DNA of 64,000 bases from Gloeomargarita sp. SKYB120. GTDB taxonomy: Bacteria > Cyanobacteriota > Cyanobacteriia > Gloeomargaritales > Gloeomargaritaceae. The stretch is taken from NCBI GenBank assembly GCA_025062155.1, contig JANXAM010000008.1:11786-75785 (forward strand), written 5' to 3'. Positions 39,080 through 49,502 of the stretch are shown piece by piece (the first letter of the stretch is position 1; every line of letters starts with the position of its first letter). A program made the position numbers and the translations under genes. The notes beneath the pieces were generated by a model. It saw only the letters and a list, made by a program, of their open reading frames with translations. It was not told the origin of the DNA and ran no database searches.

Positions 39080-40666
39080 CGCTTGGGTGTAGGGATGCTG
39101 GGGATGGGTCAGCACGTCCCGCGCCGGCCCGTATTCCACAATGCGTCCCTGTTGCAACACGGCCACGGTATGGCAAAACTGACGCGCCACCCGCAGGTCG
39201 TGGGTGATAAACAGCAGCGTTAACCCCAATTCCTGACGCAGGCGGGCCAGTAGTTCTAGAATCTGCGCCTGCACTTGGGCATCTAACATGCTCACCGGCT
39301 CATCGCAAACCAGCACCTGGGGCCGCACCAGTAATGCCCGCGCGATGGCCACTCGCTGTTGTTGACCGCCGGACAGTTGGTGGGGGTAACGCGAAAGCAA
39401 GTCCACTGGCAAACCCACCTGCGCGAGGGCTTCCACGAGGAGTTGCCGGGCTTTGCGCCCCTGGGCCAAGCGATGGATGCGCAAAGGTTCTTGCAGGATT
39501 TGCTCCACCGTAAGCAGGGGATTCAGGCAGGCGCAGGGGTCTTGGAAAATGATCTGCAACTGGCGGCGGTAGGGACGAAATTGCCGCAGGCTCAGGGACG
39601 TCAACTCCTGCCCTTGCCAGTACACACACCCCTGGGTGGGCTGGAGAAGCTTGAGAATGATACGGGCGCAGGTGCTCTTGCCCGAACCCGATTCCCCCAC
39701 CAACCCCAGCGTTTCGCCAGGTCGTACCTCCAAGTCAATCCCATCCAACACCCGCAGCCGGGGCGGTGGTTGCAGGCCCAACACCTGACCCAGATGCCGG
39801 GGCGGCAAGGGGTACTCATGCCCGATGTGGCGCAGGGTTAAACAGGGCGACTGGTCGGGCAACGGGGGAATCGTCCAGCTATGGGTGATGGCCGCATCGC
39901 GCAGCGCCTGGGTGTAGGGATGCTGGGGCCGGTCGAGCACTGCATCGGCGTCCCCCTGTTCCACGATTTCCCCCCGGTGCATCACCGCCACCCGTTGACA
40001 ATAGCGACGGACCCAGTGCAGGTCGTGGGAAATCAGAATCAAACCCGGCGCTAGACGCACCAGCAGTTCCAAGATTTCCTGGGCGACCGTCACATCCAAA
40101 GCGGTCGTGGGTTCATCGGCAATGACGAGACGGGGCCGCAGTAGTAGCGCCAGCGCAATGCCCACCCGTTGCCGCATGCCCCCAGACAACTGGTGCGGAT
40201 ATTGTCCCCAGCACCGGCGCGGCAATTGCACCGCTTCCAACATCGCCAATCCTTCCGCTTCTGCCTGTTTGGCTCCCACTTGCCGGTGCGCCCGCAAGGT
40301 CTCCCGTACATGCTCCCCCACCGTCATCACGGGATTCAGCCGGGTCATTGGGTCTTGGAACACAAACCCCACCAGTTCCCCCCGCAGGCGCCGCAACTGC
40401 TGAGCTGGCAGCGTGGCCACATCCACACCTGCAATTTGGAGATGCCCTTGCACCCGGCTCCCCGGCGGCAACAGGCGAATGAGTGCCCGTCCCAAAGTTG
40501 ATTTCCCGGAACCTGATTCCCCCACTAACCCTAGGCGTTCCCCTGGCGCTAGGTCCAAGTCAATCGCCCGCAACACCCAGTCGCCCTGAGGGTAGGCCAC
40601 CCATAGCCCCCGCACCGATACCAGCGGCTGGTCAATACCGGTTGTCAACGTCGTTTCCCGCGCCAC
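39056..40666 (-). CDS. fused double-domain peptide/nickel-type ABC ATPase
   Basis: Two GESGSGKS Walker A motifs, two PHQLSGG signatures, PQHPYT tails. Confidence 0.92.
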   Translation of the reverse strand: MARETTLTTGIDQPLVSVRGLWVAYPQGDWVLRAIDLDLAPGERLGLVGESGSGKSTLGRALIRLLPPGSRVQGHLQIAGVDVATLPAQQLRRLRGELVGFVFQDPMTRLNPVMTVGEHVRETLRAHRQVGAKQAEAEGLAMLEAVQLPRRCWGQYPHQLSGGMRQRVGIALALLLRPRLVIADEPTTALDVTVAQEILELLVRLAPGLILISHDLHWVRRYCQRVAVMHRGEIVEQGDADAVLDRPQHPYTQALRDAAITHSWTIPPLPDQSPCLTLRHIGHEYPLPPRHLGQVLGLQPPPRLRVLDGIDLEVRPGETLGLVGESGSGKSTCARIILKLLQPTQGCVYWQGQELTSLSLRQFRPYRRQLQIIFQDPCACLNPLLTVEQILQEPLRIHRLAQGRKARQLLVEALAQVGLPVDLLSRYPHQLSGGQQQRVAIARALLVRPQVLVCDEPVSMLDAQVQAQILELLARLRQELGLTLLFITHDLRVARQFCHTVAVLQQGRIVEYGPARDVLTHPQHPYTQALLAASGL

Positions 40667-40695
40667 TTCCCTGGGATCATACGGGATGCCGCCAT

Positions 40696-42093
40696 TTACT
40701 CCAACTCAAATTCTTCCGCCAGGATTTCCTGCAACCTCACCTGGGTTCGTTCCGCAAAGGCTTTCACATCCACCGCCCGCAACAACAGCGCTGCCAACCC
40801 CAACAGCAACACCTGCGTCCCGAATACCGGCACATAGGCCCAAAAACTTTCCGCCCCAAACCAGCGCGTCCCCAGTTCTAGCAACCCGCCGCCGCACAGG
40901 GTGGACAAGGCCCGCGCCAGCGCTTGCGCCAGCCCCCACGCCCCGATGAACGTCCCCGCCGTTTCCGCCAGCGTCAAATCCAGCATCAACGTCAAGGCGC
41001 CGGTGGTGGTGACGCCGGAAGCAATCCCGAATGCCAGCACCATGACCGTAAACAAACCCGCCTGACCAAGCCACCCCGCCAGCATGATCCCCATAAACGC
41101 CAGCGCCGAAAGGACACAGCCCAGCACCGTCGTCGGTCGTTTCCCCAGGCGCGGCACAATGACAAACCCGGTCAACACCAGCCCCAGCAACGTTCCCACC
41201 CCAAAGTAGGCATTCAACCGCGTCGTCTGGGCAATCGGCATGTTAAAAATGGTGCCGCCATAGGGTTCCAGCACCGGCTCCTGCATAAACAACCCCAGCG
41301 TCATGCACAGCAGGAAGGTGAAAAACAAGCCCGTCTGGGGACTGGCCGTCAGAATCCGCAGCGCTCGCCCCAGGGTAATCTGGTCTTCTCGTTCCGCCAC
41401 CCGCGACCGTTGCCGATAGCGAGAAAATTTGCCTTCAATTCCTGCGGTCGAGACCACTGCCAGTCCAAATACCGCCAGCGGCACGATGGTGAACAACCGG
41501 TTCATACTCGCCCGTATCACGTCCGGCGCGGCATCCAATTCCACCTGCCTGAGTAACCCGCTCCCCGTAATCGCCCCGGCAATAATCCCTACCATCAGCA
41601 ATGACCAGACCACCCCGACAATCTGAGAGCGATTATCTTCATCAGAAATATCCACCAGCAACGCCGCAAAAGGAGTCGAACTGGCGCTTACCGCCAACCC
41701 GTACAGGGCAAACCCCAATCCCAGCAGCGCCACCCACGCCCAAGTCACCCATGTCCAGCCCGCTTGCATCTGCGCTGCTGCCTGCCAAGTCATTTGCACG
41801 ACGCTCCAGGCCAAAAACGCAAAGGTCGCCGCCCCCAGCCACACATACCCCGTGCGATGGGTGCCTGCGATGGGATGGGCATCGGACAATTGACCAAACC
41901 ACACCCGCGCCGGCGCCACCAACTGGTGCATAGCAATGACTCCTGCGGCCACCAACGGCGGAATCGCCAACTCGCTGATCATCACCCGGTTGAGAATTCC
42001 CAGCATGAGCACCGACATCATCCCCAAACCGGCCTGGAAGAGACCCAAGCGCACCATCGTCCACACGGTAATACGGGGGTATGGCTGACTCAT
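40696..42093 (-). CDS. PucC/BCD-family MFS transporter
   Basis: RLGLFQ...LNRVMISEL, GTHRTGY, QEPVLEPYGG, TAGTFIGAWGLAQA. Confidence 0.9.
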   Translation of the reverse strand: MSQPYPRITVWTMVRLGLFQAGLGMMSVLMLGILNRVMISELAIPPLVAAGVIAMHQLVAPARVWFGQLSDAHPIAGTHRTGYVWLGAATFAFLAWSVVQMTWQAAAQMQAGWTWVTWAWVALLGLGFALYGLAVSASSTPFAALLVDISDEDNRSQIVGVVWSLLMVGIIAGAITGSGLLRQVELDAAPDVIRASMNRLFTIVPLAVFGLAVVSTAGIEGKFSRYRQRSRVAEREDQITLGRALRILTASPQTGLFFTFLLCMTLGLFMQEPVLEPYGGTIFNMPIAQTTRLNAYFGVGTLLGLVLTGFVIVPRLGKRPTTVLGCVLSALAFMGIMLAGWLGQAGLFTVMVLAFGIASGVTTTGALTLMLDLTLAETAGTFIGAWGLAQALARALSTLCGGGLLELGTRWFGAESFWAYVPVFGTQVLLLGLAALLLRAVDVKAFAERTQVRLQEILAEEFELE

Positions 42094-42245
42094 ATGCTTA
42101 CCCTTGAGCGCTGCCCTTTTTCATTGTGGGACAATCGCTCGCTACCCGCCACGTCTGACGCGACTCTACATTTCAGGAGACATAGCATCCTATTTTAGAA
42201 TGGGACTTGGGGTATACCGGACAGCTTTGTAAAACAAGGTATTGA

Positions 42246-42829
42246 GGCAGTGCTATGTAGGTAGTGATGCATTATAGTTGAATATAATGCCGATTTTCTA
42301 GGTTTTTAGAAAAGGACAGAGTTCTCCTAGTCAGGCGACTCACTCGCTGTCGAAGCGTGTTGTTGAAGCGCTCAATTAATGACGTCCTATCACTCCCTTT
42401 GGTACTGGCGACGTGTTGAGACTTTGGAATCACCTTCCGATAAACTGGCCAAGAATCAGTATAAAATTTTGCCCGTTTTCGTCAAATAATCGGCACTCTC
42501 TCCCATAACTTTTTTGCTGTCTCTATGCTTCTGTCTCCCACACAGGCGGCTACAATCATACGTGTCTTCCTCTCGAGAACTACCCAGAGCCACTGGAGAT
42601 GCTTTTTCGAGCCGCAAAACGACCCTATCTCGTCGCATTCCAGCTGTATCTCTTCATCGTTGCGGGGCTGAATATCCATCATTTCTGATGTATTTATACA
42701 GCCAAGATTGTGAAATGCTAGTCACCCGTGAGATGGCGGCAATTGAGATACGACCATACTTCACAATCTTTTAAGACTGGCGACGGGGGCAAGTAATTAT
42801 ACTCATGGCTTCGCCCAAATCTAACTACC
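42246..42829 (-). mobile_element. decayed IS1-family element (insA/insB remnants)
   Basis: Ends GGTAGTTAG... and ...CACTGCC; insA fragments TCPRRQS*KIVKYGR and ISRVTSISQSWL; insB fragments ECDEIGSF...WLWVVLERKTR..VGDRS and YTDSW...IERFNNTLRQRVSRLTRRTLSFSK. Confidence 0.88.
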
Positions 42830-43027
42830 CCCTATTTTAACCATTACAATAACAGGACTATCTGATGCCAGTAACCCCAGCCCCAGATAGCTGCTGTCGA
42901 TGATGAGCGACACCGCCAGGCTCAGGACCAAGACCATCCCGGCCAACAAGCTCAAAGTGACGACTATGGACACCAGGGTTAACGAACCGCTCCCCGCCGC
43001 CAAAGGTAAGGAATTCCGCGCCGTCAT
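42821..43027 (-). CDS. small hydrophobic protein whose stop lies in the IS1 end
   Basis: 68-aa ORF with a long hydrophobic stretch; its last codons GGT AGT TAG are the IS1 terminus. Confidence 0.35.
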   Translation of the reverse strand: MTARNSLPLAAGSGSLTLVSIVVTLSLLAGMVLVLSLAVSLIIDSSYLGLGLLASDSPVIVMVKIGGS

Positions 43028-43104
43028 GGTAGTGGATTCCTTTTGTCACCCCGACGCCCCTATTGTAGGCATCCGTTTGAGCAGTGTAACGAGAGATTAA
43101 GCGT

Positions 43105-44718
43105 TTAAGACTGGGCGACCAAGGCGGCTGTTGAGACCTTGCTGGCTGGAGCCAAATGGGCCTGCACCTGCAAACCAAACAAAGATTCAAACCAGGTTTT
43201 TTTGTAGCTCAAATTCCACAACTCCAACGCGCAATCATCGTTGGGGTCTTGGGGGTAGAGATAGAGATGAAAATCGGGGGGATCAATCTTACACTCCAGG
43301 TGTTGAATCGCTCCAATTTGCCGTCGGTCTAGGGCCACCGCAATGCGCAAAAATGCACTCAGTCGCTCAATCATGGCTCGGCTAGATTTGTCCAGTTGAC
43401 TATAATTTTCGTGTTTACGCTTCGGGGGACTCTTGCGATGATAACGGGCAATGTTGGCGATGACGGCAATTTCATTTTCCGTATAGCCCAGCAATTCCCC
43501 GTAGCGAATCAGGTAATAGGAGTGTTTGTGGTGGGCGTCGTGGCTGATGAAATGGCCGCAGTTGTGCAACATGGCCGCAGCCCATAGGTACTCTCGCTCC
43601 AAGGGGTCGCCTGGATGCAATCGCCCCTGGGTTTGGTCAAATAATTGCAAGGCCAAGGACGCGACTTGTTGCGCATGGTCCAAACGCACTTGATATTTAT
43701 CGGCGAGTTTGTACACACTGCGTTGGCGCACGGAGCTTTGATACCGCAGGCGGTCGGCAATCAGCCCGTGGTTGAGCATCCAATTCACAATCAATCCTTC
43801 GCGCAGCGCCCGCTCGCAAAAAATAATTAGTTCGCAATCCAGCAAATGCATGGCTTCTTGCAGAATCATGGCGCCAGCCAGGATGATTTCTGACCGTTTG
43901 GGGGGGATATTGAGCTGGTCGCGCCGTTGCTGGTCGTTCAAGCTGCGCAGTTTTTGCACCAGGTTTTGGACCTGACTGCGACTTAATCGTTGACCTTGGA
44001 GCGGCTGAGGTGGCGGGGAATTGTTTAAGTGCGCTTGCAACAAAAACAGGGCTTCAATGGTTCCCGACGTCCCAATCATCGGCACGCGCCGCCGCCCCAA
44101 TAACCGTCGGATGTCCTGGGTGGGCCACTCTAGCATCCCCTGTAAATAGGCCCGCAACCAGTTGTATTCGGCGTTGCTGATGGGATCGGTGGTGATCATT
44201 TCCTGGGTTAGGCGCACTGCCCCGACTTTCGTACTGCTTAGGTACTGCGGTTCGCCCCCGTCGCCCAGGATTAACTCGGTTGACCCACCGCCAATGTCAA
44301 TGATGACGTGGGGTTGACCATTGAGTTCCATCCCCGACAAGACGCCCAGGTAAATGCAGCGGGCCTCTTCGGTGCCGGAGATTAAATCTACACTTAGCCC
44401 GGTTTCGTCGGCGACTCGCTGTAGAAATTCGTGACCATTGGGAGCTTCACGGACGGCACTGGTGGCTACAGCAAGGATGGCTTCAGCCTGGTGGGTTTGC
44501 GCCAGAGTACGGTATCGTTTCAGCGCTTGGATGGCCCGCTGCATCGCACCCGGTGTCAAATTCCCGGTATCCGGACATCGCTCCCCCAGCCGGACGGTTT
44601 CCTTCTCGCGCGCAATGACGGTAAAAGCGGGCAGGTGGGGCTGAATCTGCACCACCACCATGTGGATGGAATTGGTGCCGACGTCAATGGCTGCTAGGTT
44701 AAAGGGGGTTTTCACCAC
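43105..44718 (-). CDS. ppx: exopolyphosphatase Ppx/GppA with HD domain
   Basis: AIDVGTNS, ATSAVREA, EEAR, DIGGGSTE, ALREG, AAMLHNCG, HHKHSYYLI. Confidence 0.93.
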   Translation of the reverse strand: MVKTPFNLAAIDVGTNSIHMVVVQIQPHLPAFTVIAREKETVRLGERCPDTGNLTPGAMQRAIQALKRYRTLAQTHQAEAILAVATSAVREAPNGHEFLQRVADETGLSVDLISGTEEARCIYLGVLSGMELNGQPHVIIDIGGGSTELILGDGGEPQYLSSTKVGAVRLTQEMITTDPISNAEYNWLRAYLQGMLEWPTQDIRRLLGRRRVPMIGTSGTIEALFLLQAHLNNSPPPQPLQGQRLSRSQVQNLVQKLRSLNDQQRRDQLNIPPKRSEIILAGAMILQEAMHLLDCELIIFCERALREGLIVNWMLNHGLIADRLRYQSSVRQRSVYKLADKYQVRLDHAQQVASLALQLFDQTQGRLHPGDPLEREYLWAAAMLHNCGHFISHDAHHKHSYYLIRYGELLGYTENEIAVIANIARYHRKSPPKRKHENYSQLDKSSRAMIERLSAFLRIAVALDRRQIGAIQHLECKIDPPDFHLYLYPQDPNDDCALELWNLSYKKTWFESLFGLQVQAHLAPASKVSTAALVAQS

Positions 44719-44738
44719 ATCCCAGATGGTTATCGCCG

Positions 44739-45440
44739 CTACTTTATCATCTTAGGGGATGGATGTACTCCGTTTGACGCCGCCACCAATGCATCCCGGG
44801 AAGGACAAATATCGGCAAGCAAACACGCATGGCATTTGGGGTGGCGAGCCGTGCAGGTGTCGCGCCCGTGGTAGATCAACCGGATAGACCAGTTTTCCCA
44901 ATCAGGTTGGGGAATGAGTTCAATCAAGTCCCGCTCGATGCGCAGGGGGTCGGTGTGGTCGGTCAAACCCAAGCGACGCGACACGCGCTTGACATGGGTG
45001 TCCACCGTGACGCCGGCATTAATCCCGTAGGCATGGGCCAGCACCACATTGGCGGTCTTGCGGGCGACCCCTGGCAGCGTGAGCAGTTGCTCCATACTTT
45101 TGGGCACCTGTCCCCCAAATTCTTGGACAATCTTGCGACAGGCACCCTGGATATGGCGAGCCTTGTTGCGGTAAAAACCGGTGGGTTTGATCAGGGTCTC
45201 TAATTCGTGAATATCGGCATTCGCTAGAGCTTGGGCGTCGGGAAACCGGGCAAACAGCGCCGGCGTCACCTGATTCACCCGCTCATCGGTGCACTGAGCC
45301 GAGAGAATGGTGGCCACGAGCAGTTGCACGGGCGTCTGGTAGTTCAGGGTGCAGGTGGCATCGGGATACCGCCGTTTGAGTCGCACCAGCACTTCGTTGG
45401 CCCGTTGTTTACGCACTGCCAGGCGTCGCAGAATTGCCAT
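44739..45440 (-). CDS. nth: endonuclease III
   Basis: ILSAQCTD, HhH LPGVARKTANV, VDTHV, C-x6-C-x2-C-x5-C Fe-S loop. Confidence 0.95.
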   Translation of the reverse strand: MAILRRLAVRKQRANEVLVRLKRRYPDATCTLNYQTPVQLLVATILSAQCTDERVNQVTPALFARFPDAQALANADIHELETLIKPTGFYRNKARHIQGACRKIVQEFGGQVPKSMEQLLTLPGVARKTANVVLAHAYGINAGVTVDTHVKRVSRRLGLTDHTDPLRIERDLIELIPQPDWENWSIRLIYHGRDTCTARHPKCHACLLADICPSRDALVAASNGVHPSPKMIK

Positions 45441-45520
45441 AGAGGTGCAAGCACTGCGGTTTTCAGTATAGCGATTCGTCCCGATGACATAATCAACCTG
45501 ATTGGGCGAGGAGGGAACCT

Positions 45521-46522
45521 GTGCTGCGACCGGTGGTACTCGTAGGAGACATTGGCGGGACCAACACTCGTTTGGAGCTGCTGCACCTGGCGGACCCACC
45601 TCAGGTTTTGTCGGCCCGAAGCTACCGCAACGACGACTACCCAGATTTGACCGCTATTGGACAGGCGTTTCTCGCTCAAGCGGCTGCCCGACCGGAGCTG
45701 GCTTGTCTTGCTGTCGCCGGACCAGTGGAAGAAAATACGATGAACCTGACGAACCGCAACTGGCGGATCACGGGCGATGCGCTGGCCCAACAGTGGGACA
45801 TTCCCCAGGTGCGTTTTCTCAACGACCTCGAAGCGGTCGGCTATGGGTTGTTACAGCTCACGCCGGCGGATTGGGTGGTGCTCCAGGAGGGCAAGAAGGT
45901 CCCTGGCGCGCCGATAGGGGTGGTGGCAGCCGGCACAGGACTGGGGGAATGTTTTTTGACCTGGGACGGGCAACAGTACAGAGTTTGGCCATCGGAGGGC
46001 GGTCACGTGGATTTTGCCCCGCGCAACGACCGGGAGCTGGGACTGTGGCGCTACCTGCAGGCCCAATTTGGACGGGTGTCGGCGGAACGGGTCGTTTCTG
46101 GGCCGGGCTTGTGGAACATCTACCGCTACCTGGCCCAGGTGTATCCTGAACAGGCCAAGGCAGAGATTCTCGCTCGTCAAGACCCCGCGATGATTACCGC
46201 CTGTTTGCACGACCCCCTGTGCAGCCAAGCGGTGGATATTTTTATCGCCAATTACGGCAGTGAGGCGGGCAACCTGGCGCTGAAATTGCTGGCGCGCGGG
46301 GGGATCTATCTCGCTGGCGGCATTGCCCCCCAGTTGGTGGAGCGCTTCCAGCAGGGGGGATTCCTGCGGGCTTTTTCCGATAAGGGACGCATGGGACCAT
46401 TGCTGGCCCAAATCCCTGTGTATTTGATCACCAACCCCCGTGTGGGCCTGTTGGGCGCTACCGCGGCGGCGCGGTCGTTTTTAGCGGGCCAGTCGAACTG
46501 CCCACCGGCGGGTCCAAGCTGA
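45521..46522 (+). CDS. glk: glucokinase
   Basis: GDIGGTN, LAVAGPV, NDLEA, GTGLG, SEGGH, SAERVVSG, LAGGI. Confidence 0.93.
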   Translation: MLRPVVLVGDIGGTNTRLELLHLADPPQVLSARSYRNDDYPDLTAIGQAFLAQAAARPELACLAVAGPVEENTMNLTNRNWRITGDALAQQWDIPQVRFLNDLEAVGYGLLQLTPADWVVLQEGKKVPGAPIGVVAAGTGLGECFLTWDGQQYRVWPSEGGHVDFAPRNDRELGLWRYLQAQFGRVSAERVVSGPGLWNIYRYLAQVYPEQAKAEILARQDPAMITACLHDPLCSQAVDIFIANYGSEAGNLALKLLARGGIYLAGGIAPQLVERFQQGGFLRAFSDKGRMGPLLAQIPVYLITNPRVGLLGATAAARSFLAGQSNCPPAGPS

Positions 46523-47564
46523 CCACGCGCAGGGCATGGGGCGGCAAAGTCACTTCCACTGGCTCCCCCACCTGCAAACCCGACCCCGCCTGGCGCACAC
46601 GCACGGTCAGGCCACCGGCCATCTGCACGGTGTAGCGGGTATCCAACCCCAGGTAATCGGCACTGAGAAGATGGGCGGTAGAGTCCGCCGTACCGGGTTG
46701 CAGGTGGACTTTTTCGGGGCGAATCATCAGGGTGACCTCCGCGCCGGGGCTGTAGGTGGGTTCGCTGTGGTGCACCCGCACTAGGTGGTCGTTGGTCAAA
46801 CGCACTAGCAGCCAAGGGGGATGATGCTCCACCACCGTCCCCGGGAGAAAGTTGGACTCGCCGATGAAATCCGCCACAAAGTAGCTGGTGGGGTGTTCAT
46901 AGACCTGCTGGGGCGTCCCTACCTGCAACAGCCGCCCCCCCTGCATGACCGCCAGCCGGTCGGCCAGGGTCAGCGCCTCCTCCTGGTCGTGGGTGACGTA
47001 GAGAAACGTAATCCCCAACTGCTGTTGCATCTGCTTGAGTTCACTTTGCATTTGCCTGCGCAGTTTCAAATCCAAGGCCCCCAGGGGTTCATCCAGCAGC
47101 AGCACCTGGGGTTTTTGGATCAGGGCGCGTGCCAGGGCTACCCGCTGTTGCTGGCCGCCCGAGAGTTCTCGGGGATAGCGGTGCGCCAAGCCGTCCAAAC
47201 GCACCAGCGCCAGCATTTCCCCCACCCGCGAGCGAATCTCTCGCCGGGACACGCCCCGCATCTCCAACCCGAAGGCAATGTTGCGGGCCACCGTCAAATG
47301 GGGAAACAGGGCGTAGTTTTGAAACACGGTGTGCACAGGACGGCGGAACGGGGGCAACCCCAGCAATGACCGGTCTCCCAAGCGAATATCCCCCCGGTCA
47401 GGCGTTTCAAACCCAGCAATCAGCCGCAAGGTCGTGGTTTTGCCGCACCCCGACGGCCCAAGCAGAGCAAAAAACTCCCCCGCTTGGACGGTAAAATCCA
47501 CTCCCGCCACCGCCGGACGCGCCTCCCGACCGTAGGTTTTCCATACCTGGGAGAGGGTCAACAT
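46458..47564 (-). CDS. potA: polyamine ABC transporter ATPase (PotA-like)
   Basis: [40 protein letters not shown] tail. Confidence 0.88.
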   Translation of the reverse strand: MLTLSQVWKTYGREARPAVAGVDFTVQAGEFFALLGPSGCGKTTTLRLIAGFETPDRGDIRLGDRSLLGLPPFRRPVHTVFQNYALFPHLTVARNIAFGLEMRGVSRREIRSRVGEMLALVRLDGLAHRYPRELSGGQQQRVALARALIQKPQVLLLDEPLGALDLKLRRQMQSELKQMQQQLGITFLYVTHDQEEALTLADRLAVMQGGRLLQVGTPQQVYEHPTSYFVADFIGESNFLPGTVVEHHPPWLLVRLTNDHLVRVHHSEPTYSPGAEVTLMIRPEKVHLQPGTADSTAHLLSADYLGLDTRYTVQMAGGLTVRVRQAGSGLQVGEPVEVTLPPHALRVVSLDPPVGSSTGPLKTTAPPR

Positions 47565-48640
47565 CAGCCCCGCCCGACTCGCAACTTAATCTCATTCCAG
47601 GCCGCCTCGTAACGCTGCAACGCCGCCGGCGGCAAATTCTCCAATACCCGGAGCCGATTCAAAACGTCAGGGGGCGGATAAATCCCCGGGTTTTGCAAGT
47701 CTTTGACCTGGATCAATCGGCGGTCAATCGCCGTTTGGTTCGGCGTGGCGTAGTGGGTGTAGTTGGCAATCTGGGCCGCTACTTCCGGGTCGAGCAAGTA
47801 GTTGATGAAGGCGTGGGCCAGCTCAACGTGGGGCGCTCCCTTGGGAATGGCCATCGCGTCCACCCACAAAATCGCCCCCTCTTTGGGGATGGCGTAGGCA
47901 ATGTCCGGGTTTTGGGCCATCACCTGGAACACATCGCCGCTGTTTTCAAACGCCAGGGTCACTTCCCCCTGGTTGAGCAATTCTTCCCCCGTATCCGGCG
48001 CAAAGGCCACGACGTTGCCCCGGTGTTGGATAAGCCAATCCCGCGCCCGATTGATCTCCGCAGGGTCGGTCGTGTTAGGGTTCAACCCCAGGGCAATCAG
48101 CACGGCCCCTAGGGTCGCCCGGGATTCCTCCTGCCAGGCCACGCGGTACTGAGGGTCAAACATGGCCTGCCAACTGTCAATCACTTTGCCAGTCTGCCTA
48201 CGGTTGTAGCCAATCCCTTGCGTTCCCCACAGGTAGGGCACGCTGTAGCGACCGCCGGGGTCGTAGGGCAAGTTTTGAAACCGCTTCCCTAGATGCACCC
48301 GGTTGGGCAGTTTGTCCAGCGCCAGGGGTATCAGCATCTGCTCCTGGATCATGCGGTTCACCATATAGTCCGACGGGAAGATGACGTCGTATCCAGGATT
48401 ACCGGGCTTTAACTTGGCGTAGAGGGTGTCAGGGCTGTCAAAGGTGTCGTATTTGATGCGCACATTAAATTTCTTCTCGAAATCCGTGAGTACTTGGGGC
48501 GCAATATAGGTGGCCCAGTTGTACACGCTCAGGGTTTGGGTCGGTTGCGCCGGTCCGGGAGGCCGTTCCCCAAGGCCGCAGCCAAGTACCAGCCCAGCCA
48601 CCCCCAGCACCACCAGCCACCACTTCCACCAGCGTCGCAT
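47564..48640 (-). CDS. potD: polyamine ABC substrate-binding lipoprotein (PotD/F-like)
   Basis: Lipobox VLG-C, VYNWATYI, YDVIFPSDY, PYLWGT, PKEG..WVD. Confidence 0.88.
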   Translation of the reverse strand: MRRWWKWWLVVLGVAGLVLGCGLGERPPGPAQPTQTLSVYNWATYIAPQVLTDFEKKFNVRIKYDTFDSPDTLYAKLKPGNPGYDVIFPSDYMVNRMIQEQMLIPLALDKLPNRVHLGKRFQNLPYDPGGRYSVPYLWGTQGIGYNRRQTGKVIDSWQAMFDPQYRVAWQEESRATLGAVLIALGLNPNTTDPAEINRARDWLIQHRGNVVAFAPDTGEELLNQGEVTLAFENSGDVFQVMAQNPDIAYAIPKEGAILWVDAMAIPKGAPHVELAHAFINYLLDPEVAAQIANYTHYATPNQTAIDRRLIQVKDLQNPGIYPPPDVLNRLRVLENLPPAALQRYEAAWNEIKLRVGRG

Positions 48641-49485
48641 CAGCCGCCTTCCTTGCACCAATCTCGCTTGGATGGGCGTTGTAGCCCCCAGGCCATGAGC
48701 ACCAGCACCGAAGACGCCAGTAGCATCAGGGTCGAGATGGCATTGATCGCCGGCGTTACTGAAAATTTAATCATGCCATAGACGAAAACCGGTAGCGTGG
48801 TGGCGCCTGTCCCAGCGGTAAACAGAGTCACGACGAAATCGTCGAGCGACAGGGTAAACGCCAGCAGCGCCCCGCTCAGGACCGCCGGCGTCAACCAGGG
48901 CAAGGTAATATGCCACAGGGTCTGCCAGCGGTTGGCCCCCAAATCCATCGCCGCTTCTTCCCAGCGGGGATTCAACTCCGCCAGGCGCGCCCGCACCACC
49001 AACGTCACGAAGGAAATGGCAAAGGTGATATGGCCGATGGTCACCGTCGGCAACCCCAGGGTGAGTTCTTGGCCGGTCCAGGCCCGCCACAGGCGAAACA
49101 TCCCGTGGAAAAACACCAGCAGCGACACGCCCTGGGCAATTTCTGGGATGACCAGCGGCAACAACACCAGCGCCTCGACACTCACCCGCCCCGGCCAACG
49201 CACCCGGTCGAGTCCTAGGGCCAAGGCTGTTCCCAGCGCCGTCGCCACCAGGGTCGTGACCGTCGCTACCAGGAGACTATTTGCCAGCGCCGGCCATAAC
49301 CCGTAACGCCCAAAGCCCACAGTTTCGGGGAAAGCCGCTCCTTGACCCGTCAGGAGAACGCTATACCAATCCCAGGTAAACCCCCGCCAGACCCCAATAA
49401 ACCGCGAGTTATTAAACGAAAAAATCACCAGTACCAGGATGGGCAGGTAGATAAACCCAATCACTCCCACCGCCCACAGGGTCAA
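48640..49485 (-). CDS. potC: polyamine ABC permease (PotC-like)
   Basis: YLPILVLVIFSFN, EEAAMDLGA, LSLDDFV, TTLP; start uncertain. Confidence 0.85.
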   Translation of the reverse strand: MTLWAVGVIGFIYLPILVLVIFSFNNSRFIGVWRGFTWDWYSVLLTGQGAAFPETVGFGRYGLWPALANSLLVATVTTLVATALGTALALGLDRVRWPGRVSVEALVLLPLVIPEIAQGVSLLVFFHGMFRLWRAWTGQELTLGLPTVTIGHITFAISFVTLVVRARLAELNPRWEEAAMDLGANRWQTLWHITLPWLTPAVLSGALLAFTLSLDDFVVTLFTAGTGATTLPVFVYGMIKFSVTPAINAISTLMLLASSVLVLMAWGLQRPSKRDWCKEGG

Positions 49486-49502
49486 ACCACGGCGCGGCCA
49501 AC

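Noticed and set aside
42189-42839. CCTATTTTA as the IS1 target-site duplication
   Set aside because: The left copy is about 50 bp outside the IS end; AT-rich coincidence is likely
45441-45599. N-terminal extension of nth; likewise the long extensions of ndhP, mod, GNAT and the permease at 13630
   Set aside because: They overlap neighbouring genes or promoters and lack family motifs
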